From NCBI GenBank assembly GCA_951406725.2, contig OX597815.1, forward strand, positions 35,836,001 to 35,900,000: 64,000 nt of DNA, in the 5' to 3' direction. Below, in pieces: positions 10,701 through 21,700 of this stretch. Origin of the DNA: Octopus vulgaris. Lineage: Eukaryota. Every line of letters begins with the position of its first letter. The stretch's first letter is position 1. The notes beneath the pieces were generated by a model. It ran no database searches, was not told the origin of the DNA, and saw only the letters and a program-made list of their open reading frames with translations. The position numbers and the translations under genes were made by a program.

Positions 10701-13700
10701 AATAAGTTGCGGCAATGATGCAGAGCCGGTTGTGGTACATGTCGTACATGAAGTTGTGGCTGTGGTGCTGCTGCCAAGCTCACTTGGTACAAGAGTTCTC
10801 ACAAGATGTACATTCACTGTTGATCCATGGTGAAGCAGTTCATGAACAGTGCAGTGTTGTAACTTGGGTGTGTACTTAGAGAGATGTTGACGTTAGGACA
10901 AATGGTGGTGATGGGGATGGAGGTCACTGAATGCTGTTGGATGAAGTTGATGAGTCTCCACGTGGCTGCTGTTGTGTTGTCACTGGAACTGGTGGTGTCT
11001 TGTGTGGTCAGTGGCTAAACCTTAAAAGGTCTGGAACCAGATGACATCGAGACAAAAAAAGTGAGGTTTTTTACAAGGAGTTGTAGGCTCAGCTGAGGTA
11101 GAAAACAGGCTGTCACATGTGATCTTATTTGAAGGCTGTGATTGGTTGGTTTGCATATTGACACGTGAAAGAGCAAGAGATGAATTGCACCAATACCAAC
11201 CAATCAGAGTAGTGGACACAACAGGGTCCAAAATGCAGCCAAAGGCTTGCTGTTATCTACTATGTTCGTATGTATGTATATATAATAGAAAGGAGAGGAA
11301 TTTCACTCAAGTGTACGCTACTATACCAATTTCTTTTTTATCTTTATACACTCTGTATATACTGGGTCATCCTGTAAATAATGCGATTTTTATGCTTCTT
11401 TTATTTTTCAAAATTAAGATAAACAAAGTTCTTTTTTAATCTAAAATAAACTCCTTCATTTTCTACAATGCTCTTCCATCTATCTGGTTGACTTGCAAGA
11501 CCCTCTTCCAAAATTTACTTGTCCGTGATGAAAAATACTCTTCCAGTAGACCTCATCTACAGAATTCATATTTTTCCTATCCAAATAATTTTGAAGACTA
11601 CAGAATAAATGATAATCAGACAGGGCAATGTCTGGCAAATATGGTAGGTGAAGCATCATTTCAAACTGCTCCAGCCTTTGAAAAGTCATCCTTCTGTATG
11701 TGGCCAAGCATTATTCTGATGGAAGAACACCTTTTGTCTTGAAACCAAAAATTGTCATTTTTCTTCTAACGCTGACTTAAGCCGCTCAAGCTGCTTATGA
11801 TAGATCTCCTTTGTTATCGTTTGGTTTGGGTTTAAAAGTTCAAAGTGGACTAAACCTTTGTAGGATTGTTATCTATCTATGTGTGATATCTGCACTTGTT
11901 GGGTGCTTCACACATTTCCCTACAATGTTGTAGAAAGGAATGAAATGGCAGGAACATGAATCTCTGAACAAATAACAATGATAGTTTATTTTTTCACCGA
12001 AGGAGATATTTCATCGCTGGACATCGGAAGCGTGAAAACCAGGGATAGGAAACAGCAGAGTTGGATTAAATCTCCATGGTTGAAACAGTCTTCACCACCC
12101 ACCACGTCTGGTTCACCTCCGCTCGGAGCCTTGCCGAGTCATATCTTAATTTGTCGACCGCCAAGAGCCAAGAGATCGAATAGCGAGAAAAGCTAACTGC
12201 TGCTGATTACTGTGCATGCGCATAAGGGGACTTCTGGCAGGCCTACCGGAAGACACCAAACATTGCACATGGCATCTAAAACCTGGCGTCACTACACCTT
12301 TCATATCCCACCAAACAGATAACATTACCTTACATAGGTGAAGGCCTTCTTTAACTTGGGGTGCCGTTGTTTCTCCTTTACCTACCCACTGTCTTTGGTG
12401 CTTGACATTTTTATAGAGAACCTATTTCTCATCAGCAGTTACTATTAGGGTCCAAAAAAGGTACATTCGTGAAAAGAGCACACATTCACTCTTTGTGTGC
12501 AATTAGACTTGGAAAGTTTGTGATGAACCCATTGACCCAATTTTCTGACTTTTCCAATGGCACGCAGGTGTTGATGACCAAATCCAAGCTTCTGCACTAG
12601 TTCTTCAACAGTTATAATGGGATTTTGTTCCACCAGGGTTTACAGGACGCCATTGTCAAGCTCTACAGATCTTCCAGGAGAAGGCTTGTCTTCTAGACTG
12701 TAGTTTCCAGCTGGGAATTTCTGGAACCACCGTTGACACTGGTTTACACTTATTGTCCGATCCCCATATACTGCATTAATATTCCTCACACTTTCCATTG
12801 CATTGTTGCCTTTATTGAACTCATAGAGCAAAACATATCAAATATGCTCCTTTCTCACTTTCATTATAGCTTTGAAAAAAATAACTGTTAAAATTGAACT
12901 GCACTCTTCAAAACCTGCACTAAGAATAAGTACAAAGTAAAATTACTACCTGCTTTTATAGCAAGTCGATGCAGGTAGTTGATCCCATCTACCTCTGACG
13001 ATGCAGGTAGTTGATCCCATCTACCTCTGACTTTTAGTTCATGCAATTGCAAAAAACTGTATTATTTATGCGATGACCCAATACTTTGTCTTTTAAACAA
13101 GTGATTATTCTGGTTTTTTTTTGGTTTTTTTTTTGTTCTTTTTTTTATGTTAAATTCTATCAGCACCAGAAATCCTTGATGCCAGTCAAAGAAGAGTTCA
13201 ATAAACTACACACAGCCTTAAAGGAAGGTATACCTAAACTAAATGATCACCGAATTAGTTACTATCAACCATGTATTGAAGCATTAATCAAATCTCAGGT
13301 TGGTTTCATATTATGAGATTTTAACACACACACACACACACTTGTACCCATGTTTGTGCTTTTCTATACTTGAATGGGTCAGATGAGAGATGTTGAGACT
13401 ATTTTTTAGTGCTGGATGCCCTTCCTCTCAACAACACTCACATGTTTCTGAACAAAGTAATATTTCCCCATGGTCAGACATGTTTTCACAGAAAAGTAAT
13501 TGTATGACAGTGATAATGCTTTACGACTAACAAACATACATACATGCACATGCACGCGTGCACACACACACAAACATACATAATGGGCTTCTTTCAATTT
13601 CCTCCTATTACACCCTCTCACAAAGCTTTAATCATCCAAGGCTATTATATGAATCACTTGCCTAAGGTGCCGAACTATATGATTGGGAAGCAAATGTCTT

Positions 13701-14706
13701 AACCACACAGCCATCATCATCATCATTATTTAACGTCCATTTTCCATGGGTTGGATGGTTTGACTGAAACTGGTAAGCTCTAGGGCTATGCCAGGTTCCA
13801 ATCTGATTTGGCATGGTTTCTATGGCTGGATGTCCTTCTTAACGCCAACCATTCCAACAGTGTAGTGGGTGCTTTTTATATGCCAATGGCATGGGTACCA
13901 GTTAAGCATATATATTATGCATATATTTGTAATTTGTATTTCTTGGAAAATAGGTATGGGTTGGTAACAGAAAGAGTATCTGGCCATAGAAAATCTGTCT
14001 CAGGGAAGTTTCATTTGACCCATGATGCCAACAATTGAAAAATCATCATCATCATTGTTTTAATGTCCACTTTTCCATGCTTGCATGGCTCAGACAGAAT
14101 TCATTGAGGTAGATTCTTTTTACAGCATCATGTCAGTCCTCATCCACCTGACCTCCAATCAAAGAAGCAATCTAACCATGACCATTCCCTTTTTTTAAAT
14201 ATATTAAACACTGTTTCTAGCAAGCTGATTGACTACATAGAGGCCCCCTCATTGGTTTCTGTGTTGATCCTTATGTGTGTAGGAAGGGTCTTAATGTGTG
14301 TATATGCCAGTGTATGTATGTGCATCAATGTAAGTGGTGTGTTCTCATGGAGATTATTGAAACAGAAGACTACAGAGCGATGGTCAAGTGGAGGTTACTC
14401 TGTCATGTTTAGATAGTCTCCTTAGTTGTGATTTGGTTGGAGAAGTGAGTACTGAGGTTAAAGGAGGTTGGGGATATTTAATTAGGATAAATCTGTCATT
14501 GCTTAAAGAAATCAATAAAGAAGGTTTTAATCATTGACTCTTTTTTTTTTCTTTTTTTTCTACAGGCTGCCTACAACTCTGAATGTTACAAAATCTATAG
14601 TGAGTTAGCTGGCCATCTTGCCCCAGAAACATACACTAGTGAAGAATATGGCAACAGAATACAACAGAAACTTTCAGATATAAAGGCATTAGCCATAGTT
14701 GGCTGA
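1374..14706 (+). CDS. BIN3: BIN3-like N-BAR protein, copy A (5'-partial; exons 5-10: 1374-1510, 5289-5329, 6540-6600, 8302-8382, 13164-13298, 14566-14706)
   Basis: Six AG/GT-bounded exons with the same lengths as copy B (137/41/61/81/135/141) splice in frame to xLSKCEQRITQDLMASALCKSESELKHHCEEWDNSIVKLNPHMQEM-NSNIQKMLVEPIEK-FSNIFPCIHETKKKWEQSSG-EFKRCEVKVKKYQERERTGNNIVKLNQ-HQKSLMPVKEEFNKLHTALKEGIPKLNDHRISYYQPCIEALIKSQ-AAYNSECYKIYSELAGHLAPETYTSEEYGNRIQQKLSDIKALAIVG*. No stops or frameshifts. Confidence 0.85.
1971..2648. repeat. ~165-bp tandem repeat, about 4 units, inside the Helitron
   Basis: aaagttttttaggacgaa recurs at 1971, 2131, 2296, 2462, 2628. Confidence 0.92.
2897..3418 (+). pseudogene. 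Helitron RepHel PIF1-like helicase fragment
   Basis: PIF1 family motifs ILAPRN / LKVGAPIMLIRNL / CNGTRL; truncated at both ends. Confidence 0.88.
5289..5329 (+). CDS. BIN3: BIN3 copy A exon 6
   Basis: gatag|AATTCC...GAAAA|gtaaat, 41 nt, NSNIQKMLVEPIEK. Confidence 0.88.
6540..6600 (+). CDS. BIN3: BIN3 copy A exon 7
   Basis: tacag|GTTTAGT...TCCGGG|gtttgt, 61 nt. Confidence 0.88.
6640..7196 (-). mobile_element. Internally deleted hAT element (copy A only)
   Basis: CAGGGGTC...GACTCCTG termini; 8-bp TSD CTTTATTC (6632-6639, 7197-7204); a single ctttattc at the copy B empty site; decayed hAT dimerisation-like sequence (CKQGF..LKNIKTKQ) on minus strand. Confidence 0.85.
7710..7913 (-). mobile_element. 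Penelope-like pseudo-LTR fragment with hammerhead-like core, inserted in a (TA)n tract (copy A only)
   Basis: Minus strand CCGACGA-A-GAGC-tcc-GCTC-GAAAC-GTCA at 7808-7835; (TA)n on both sides; copy B has an uninterrupted (TA)n at ~38181-38238. Confidence 0.65.
8302..8382 (+). CDS. BIN3: BIN3 copy A exon 8
   Basis: ttcag|GAATTC...AATCAG|gtattg, 81 nt. Confidence 0.9.
9010..9223 (-). mobile_element. SINE family B copy (copy A only)
   Basis: Matches the units at 20446-21164; flanked by taatact; absent at ~39445 in copy B. Confidence 0.8.
10210..11322. mobile_element. 1.1-kb insertion, probable degenerate solo LTR (copy A only)
   Basis: Absent in copy B (caaagat|gccaatttc); 4-bp TSD ATAC; termini TATAATG...GCTACT resemble a decayed TGTA..TACA. 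Confidence 0.55.
11362..13081 (-). mobile_element. Mariner transposon, degenerate (copy A only)
   Basis: TIRs (C/T)TGGGTCATC..TAAATAAT; TA TSD; transposase pieces LYEFNKG..CQRWFQKF, GQWVHHKL, WWDMKG, PYLPDIALSDYHLF. Confidence 0.92.
11859..12296. mobile_element. Solo LTR nested in the mariner
   Basis: TGTAG...CTACA with 4-bp TSD CCTT; removing it restores transposase DMKG|LVHFE. Confidence 0.82.
13164..13298 (+). CDS. BIN3: BIN3 copy A exon 9
   Basis: atcag|CACCAG...TCTCAG|gttggt, 135 nt; lies within ORF 13086..13316. Confidence 0.9.
14566..14706 (+). CDS. BIN3: BIN3 copy A exon 10 (stop TGA)
   Basis: tacag|GCTGCC...GTTGGCTGA; candidate AATAAA at 15227-15232. Confidence 0.9.
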   Translation, partial: AAYNSECYKIYSELAGHLAPETYTSEEYGNRIQQKLSDIKALAIVG

Positions 14707-15566
14707 TTAATTACTTAATATTAATTAATATTAAATCAAAAAGAGATTTTATATGAGGGAAAAAAAAATCAAATACCTTTTTATATAATGAATGAAGTTT
14801 ATTCATATGAAATCCACTGAAGAAATCCATTTTAAACATTGGACTACTTTAAATTTGGCAAACTACTAACTATTGGAGTGACTCAATAACAAAGATTGTT
14901 CTACACATTTGTTGTTTCATAAATGTCATCACATTACTTTTATCATGAAATTTTCATCCTGTAAAATATGATACTGTAGAAATGAATGCATCATGTAATC
15001 GACTTAATCCCTTTGTCTGTCCTTGCTTGTCCCCTTGTGGGCAATAAAGAAATAAGAAATAAATGCCTCAGATTGTTTATCACATGTGCCAGATCTTGTA
15101 ACGCATGCCCTAGATTGTGAGATGTATATCTCAGATTGTTGTGCATTTGCTAGATTATGAGATGAATGTCCCAGATTGCGAAATGCAGGTTCCAAGATTG
15201 TAAAATATGTATTCATTGATGAGAAAAATAAAATGCTGACATGATCTGAAGACCATCATTATATCAGCGATGGATTTATCTTGTAGTAATTGCAACACAT
15301 GTTGCAGGTCTTACTTTTTTAAGGATTCAGAACTAAATCTTTTATTACTATAGTACTATACTGCCTTCAGCCTTTTTGAACCACTGGGTGTTTTAGGTTG
15401 ATCCAATACTCATACTCCTAAGATCCCAAACAATTTTAAATTAAACAAATTACAGAAGTCAAATTAAAAGGCAATTGTAAATGGACAGATTTGAGTTATT
15501 TTTTGTTTTATTTTTCTTCTTTGATACATTAAACTCATCATACAATAATTGAGCTTAATTGTTATT

Positions 15567-16110
15567 GATGTTGTCTCCCCACCCATAGGTGATTGTTTCC
15601 ATCAGTATAACCAAAGTAGAATCTCTGCTGGTGAACTCATGCAATTGGTAATGTTTGTTGATGGAAAAATTGACAAGGTCAAATTCAGATTGGTGGGTTT
15701 CTCCCATAGTCAATTCGATCCCATCCACTCTCAATGTTTTCATTGTCTTCACAGATTGAGAGGTGAAAGAGAGTGTCAGTCAATGTCATGGCATGCCCTG
15801 GGCGGTATTTGATTTTGGAATCATATCCCTGAATTTTCTGGAGCATCCTTTGTAGTTGGGGTAGTACTTGAAGACGGGGTTTTTTTTTGCAATCACTTCC
15901 AGGGATAGTGGCCTGTGATGATTTCAAATGGATGTCTGTAAAGGTATGTGTGGAAACGGGTGATTCCAAATACCACAGCTAGCATTTCATGATCGATATT
16001 TGGGTAGTTTGACTGAGTTTTGTCAAGGGCTTTCGATGCAAGGTTTGCCATCTTGTATGATAGTTGCTCCAAGTCCTTTCAAAGAGCTGTCTACCTCAAT
16101 TTGGAGTTAG
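15567..16110 (-). mobile_element. Gypsy/Ty3 pol fragment (RNase H region)
   Basis: EVDSSLKGLGATIIQDGKP, IDHEMLAVVFG, LQRMLQKIQGYDSKIKYRPG..MTLTDTL; frameshifted. Confidence 0.8.
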
Positions 16111-18469
16111 CTAGGATTTTCAAGTAAAAAAAGAAAATGACTAGCATGAACTTTGTAAATACTATCTGTACATGGAATAGTAAAAATATACGAGACTTTC
16201 TTAAATATAGAGATGTAACAGTTATAGCTATTAATATCCAAACTGCAGTAATGAAGCTTTTGTTATTGTATTCAAAACTGATTCTCTTATTCGAGAGAGA
16301 ATGCTAATAAGCAAAAAGAAGGAAAAGACATACACACATACATATGTGTGCGTCTAATGTGATACTTAGGCAGAACCTTGTGTGACAAAGTTGCAAGTAA
16401 ACAATACCACTCGCCCAAAACCCCATGCAATTGTATGGAGACCTCATTGCTTTGAAACTAACTCCTTAAACATTCAGCCATACTGCACCTACCTACCTAC
16501 ATGAAGGCTGCAAACTTGTGTTTGAGTATTGCCAACACCTGATCGAAAGTCCCACATTGGCGAAAGCTACGACTAGCCATTTTTATGATAGGTCTTACGT
16601 TTTTTTCAAGCAATGCCTGTGCATGATGATATTTTTTTTTTTTTTTATAGTGGAGAAGGGATTTGCACAAATCCAGTCATACTCTCTGAACATGGACAAC
16701 ATAAACTCGAAAAGAAGAACTTGCCAACATCATTGAATATTGTCCATGTTACAGGTTTTCTCTTGGAGAGTCCCTCTCCTAGAGGCATGTGACAACAAGA
16801 GAGGAGCCTTCTGCTCCCAGTGGCCCAACCACATTCCTGGACACCAACCCAGCTATTCCCATGTCCCCACGCATACATACACATGTATACATATTGTCAG
16901 ATGGCCTTTGACTGCTCATGAGCTCTTCCCCATTTGACAGGTCTTATTTTTCGTCCTGGAGGGTGTCCAACAATCACCCTCCTCACCAAGCAAGCTTGAT
17001 GGGGTCGCCAGTTTAGTCGCCGACCATGCATGCATACATACATACATACATATCATTTATACAATATAAATTTAGTTTCATAACAGCTGTAGTGGATGGT
17101 ATAGCAAAAGCTGTCGAGGCAGCAGATGAAATAGGCATGTGGATGACATCAAAGTAAAACAATGGGAAAGCATCGGATTATGGTTTAAATAATTTATTTA
17201 ATCAACACTTGCATTTACATGTTGTATACACCAGAAAATTCACTACATGACATTACCAAATTGCTTCGAGTTGGCGAAGTAGAAAATAAACAGGGGAAAT
17301 ACTGTGTTGATGTGATGAGGTAGAACCAGTATGTTTTGTGTCTGTGTATGCGTTGGTCATTCAGTCGTGTCTGTTTACGTTCCGCGACTGCTAAAGTGTT
17401 GGGTCGTTCATGCTGAATATGTAGTTCTATGTTGGCTGCTTGACTGGCGCAAGTTAACTGTTGGCTGTCTGCTTGTCTCTTGACAGATATCCTGGTGACG
17501 TCTATCGTACACATACACACACACACACTCGCTAACATGTCAAAAAGTATACTGAGCAGAGTATACCAAAGTCTAAGCAAATGCAACTTGTTTATTATAA
17601 TAACTGGGCAAAAGGACAGAAAGGAAGGCAGGAAGAAAGAACGAAAGAAAGAATGAATGAAAGAAAAAATGAAAGAGAGAAAGAACCTTCAGACAAGTTA
17701 GAGAGGACTCTACAAATATTTTCTTTAGCGCTGGTGATATCATAAAATGAACCCAGCCACTCTGTGAAGTAATTAGTCATAGGAAGGCCATACAACCACC
17801 AAAAAAGAAACATGCCCAAAACACTAACTTGATCGAGTTTCTTTACTGATATATGAACCAGGTGACGAACAGAGTAACAAGACCTTGTAGGTTCCGTTCG
17901 AACCCTTTGCCTTTCATCCTTTCGGGGTCGATAAATTAAGTACCAGTTACGTGCTGGGGTCGATGTAATCAACTTAATACCTATGTCTGTCCTTGTTTGT
18001 CCCCTCTGTGTTTAGCCCCTAGTGGGTAATAAAGAAATAGGTATACATACGTATTTACACACACACACACACAACCGTGTGTATGTGAAAATCGTATTGT
18101 TGATTTAACCAGATAGGTTTGAATCAAGAAATATAATCAACTAAATCGATTCCAGTATCTAGCAGATACCCTACATTTAACGACTGGAAATATGAATGAC
18201 AAAGTTCGCTGATGAGATCATAATAATACTGAAACATAATTGCCTCGGGTATTTCCAAAATTCCCCCCACCCCTTTTCCTGCATAAATATTTCAAGTTAG
18301 CTTTTTAATGCTTCACTTTGTTATAAACTTAATATAATAAACTTAACATAATAAACTTAACCGAAATAGGTTGCTACCAGCTCCATCCTATCCAGAATGT
18401 ATAGTTGTTTTTGTTTTTTGTTTTGTTTTCTTTTTCGTTAACTCCAATAGTATAAATACAAAGTAAACT

Positions 18470-18751
18470 ATTTGGTGCGGCTGGGTGTGTTATATTTCGT
18501 TCGTAACGGTGAATTGTTTCTTTGTTTCTTCAGGCATTTGATTGGTTCTGACAAAGACAAAATAGAAAGAAGAAAAGAAAAAGAAAAGCGGAGAATTTTG
18601 TGACGTTTAGGGTTTCGCCAGATGTTTGAAACAGTAACACGGAATATCAATTAAAGATGATAAGTACACGTACCTCGCAGAACCATTGACAGCAGAGTTA
18701 TCTATCCATTAACATCGTCAACTGATGTGGTTGGAATTGTAATACCAGAAA
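18470..18751 (+). promoter_or_regulatory. Putative BIN3 copy B promoter/5'UTR
   Basis: Locally CpG-richer; inverted CCAAT box (GATTGG, 18540-18545) and CRE/ATF-like TGACGT (18601-18606) 150-210 bp upstream of the ATG. Confidence 0.4.
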
Positions 18752-18759
18752 ATGAGCAA
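18752..18759 (+). CDS. BIN3: BIN3 copy B exon 1 coding part (ATGAGCAA)
   Basis: ATG AGC AA|gtaaat; the phase-2 end fits the 49-nt exon 2; promoter-like motifs lie just upstream. Short, so less certain. Confidence 0.65.
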
Positions 18760-21700
18760 GTAAATATTTTATTTATTCTGTACTAATTATGTTATAGCAA
18801 TATATGTTTTATAAATATTCATTTCACATTAAACCCCGATCTGCTTTAAGTATGAACATTAAGTAAGAAAAGAAAAGAAAACAAAGCAAAATACTCGTAA
18901 TACTGTAACGCCTACCTAAATACTAGAACCTAAATTGGTTTGTCTTGCGGAAGGGAAAAAGGTATTTCGAAATTTCCTCTTCCTTGCTCGTTTCCTGTAG
19001 GAGATGCACTGGCTTTCGTTCATTAAGATTACATCGATTTTGTATATTGGGCATTTAGAAAAAAAAAAAGAAAAAAAGTAAAGATTAGCTTCATTGACAA
19101 AATAAAAACTTATAAAAATAGGTTTTCACGTATATTTTATTTGTATATGATGTATACAAAGATTTATAATTATGTGTATAGATAATTTCACACGTTTATA
19201 TACATCTTGACTTATTTTAACCCTAACCCAAACGAAACGTTACTGTGTGTGTCAGAAATATTCTAGCACTTGTCAAAAGTGATGAGAGCACTTAAGCTCT
19301 TTTGTTTTCATTCCAGCTGAGATGCATTTATGTTAGTTATTTATTTTACTAGTGGGTACCAGTTGTGAATACACATAGTTAATGATATACCGTAAACTAT
19401 ATCGACAGAGATAAACGGATTTAAACATCGACTGTTTTTTATCATTTCATAATACGCACACACATGTGCAGCTAAAGTTATGCGAATTTCTCTTTAGTAA
19501 AGAATATGTTAGCGTCGCCACGAAATTCAGATGTAAGTGAAAGTACTATTATTGTACTGTTGTGTTTGTCAGGACGACGGACAGAAATGCAGACACTATG
19601 AATTAGTAAATTTTACATATCTTCATACATATGCCAGTTATATAGACAAATATAATATAATATATATATATATATTGAATTATTAAAATATGGCCTACAT
19701 TTTTTATATAATGTATATAATTGATTTCCTCTTTTTAATTGTTTTTTTAAGTAAGCTAAGATTTGTTGTTTCGCTTGGTACCAACCAATAAGGTAATGTA
19801 CACGTAAGGGAAATAATGTCGTTTGTAGAATTTACATGCTTTGATGTGGTCGTCTGACCTGCTAGAAATGTCAGCATGACTTCCTTTTAATTACTTATAC
19901 CCTTACGACTACACGCGCATCACCGTACCTGAAAGTTTGTTGAGAAGGAACAAAGTGAAAAATAGTTCCTAACTACAGATTTTGTTACATATATAACATG
20001 TATGTACACGATATATATATATAAAAGAAAGAAAAAGAAAACAAAAAAAGCATCAGTGCAACCAAGCGCTTCAGTTGGTCTCACGGTTTATAAACATTCA
20101 TTTAATCCATTCGGCAGTTTCGGAGATAAAATTTCAAAGGGAAAATTAAATTAGATTAAATGTATTTCGGGATTACTAGGTCGTGTAATAAGCATATTCA
20201 CAAACCAAAGAGTGAGCCTCTATGTGGTGTCTCCACTTGCGAGAAATGGTAGCCAAATTTCCATCAAATTATACCTTACCGTCTTAGAAGAGATGGAATA
20301 CTTACAGCTGGAATGCTTTACATCATATGGTCAGTTATGGTTGACGGGACGACTACGACAGAGACAGTGTGGGTGTGACTGTTGTCGTTGCCAGTGAGGA
20401 GGATCCAAAGCATGGTTATTTGCTAGTTCGTGTAATAAGCGTATTCTTTTCTACTCTAGGCACAAGGCCCGAAATTTTGAGGGAGGGAACCAGTCGATTA
20501 GATCGATCCAAGTACGCTACTAGTACGTAATTTATCGATCTCGAAAGGATGAAAGGAAAGGCGGAATTTGGACTCAGAACATAAAGATAGACGAAATACC
20601 TATTTCTTTATTACCCACAAGTGGCTAAACATAGAGGGGACAAACATGGACAGACATAGGTATTAAGTCGATTATATCGACCCCAGTGCTTAACTGGTAC
20701 TTAATTTATCGACCCCGAAATACCGCTTAGCATTTCGCCCGGCGTGCTAAAGTTTCTTATTTCTTTATTGCTAAATATAGAGGGGACAAACAACGACAGA
20801 CAAAGGGATTAAGTCGATTACATCGACCCCAGTGCGTAACTGGTACTTAGTTTATCGACCCCGAAAGGCTGAAAGGCAAAGTCGACCTCGGCGGAATTTG
20901 AACTCAGAACGTAACGGCAGACGAAATGCCTATTTCTTTACTACCCACAAGGGGCTAAACACAGAGGGGACAAACACGGACAGACAAACGGATTAAGTCG
21001 ATTATATCGACTCCAGTGCGTAACTGGTACTTATTTGATCGACCCCGAAAGGATGAACGGCAAAGTTGACCTCGGCGGAATTTAAACTCAGAACGTAACG
21101 GCATACGAAATACTGCTAAGCATTTTGCCCGGCGTGCTTACGTTTCTGCCGCCAGCTCGCCGCCTTCGTGTAATAAGCATATTGACAAACCAAAGAGGGA
21201 GCCTCTACGTAGTGTCTTCACTTGCGATAAATAGTAGCCAAATCTCCATCAAATTATACCTTACTGTATTAGAATTTCTTCTCAGTTATGGTTGACGGGG
21301 GATAACAACGACAGAGGCAGTGTGAGAGTGACTGTCGTCGTTGCCAAAGCCAGTGATAACTAGCAAATAACCAAAGCATGGTTATTTATTCTATGAATCA
21401 TATATAAGTAATTATTCAATTTGGTTAGATTAAAAAAGCAAATAAAATTAAGGGGGAAATGAGTCAACTTTTTACACAACATAAACACTGGTGAAATATG
21501 ACTTCCCTCAAAAAATGAAGTGTAACGAACAGATTTGCTTCTTTTACTACGCTTGCAGTGCCATAATCCATCAGTAACGTCACCTCATGTAGTAAGGCCA
21601 CATGGTAAATTACAATTTTCACAGGTGTACAAATTCATAATTAGTCGACGCCGTGCCAACCACTGAAGAATGTTGTCGCCTGCTTTTCCTAATTGAATGA

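Larger units (their letters stand above)
230..15566 (+). repeat. Segmental (tandem) duplication, left copy; matches ~30887-42631
   Basis: Colinear exon, intron and 3' flank similarity from tatggcagtgaattggctga to tacaataattgagcttaattgttatt, apart from copy-specific insertions. Confidence 0.95.

Noticed and set aside
10351-11439. Cluster of overlapping short ORFs
   Set aside because: All fall inside the 1.1-kb LTR-like insertion; no recognisable domains.
17087-17600. Possible solo LTR beginning TGTAGTGG
   Set aside because: No matching right terminus or TSD found.
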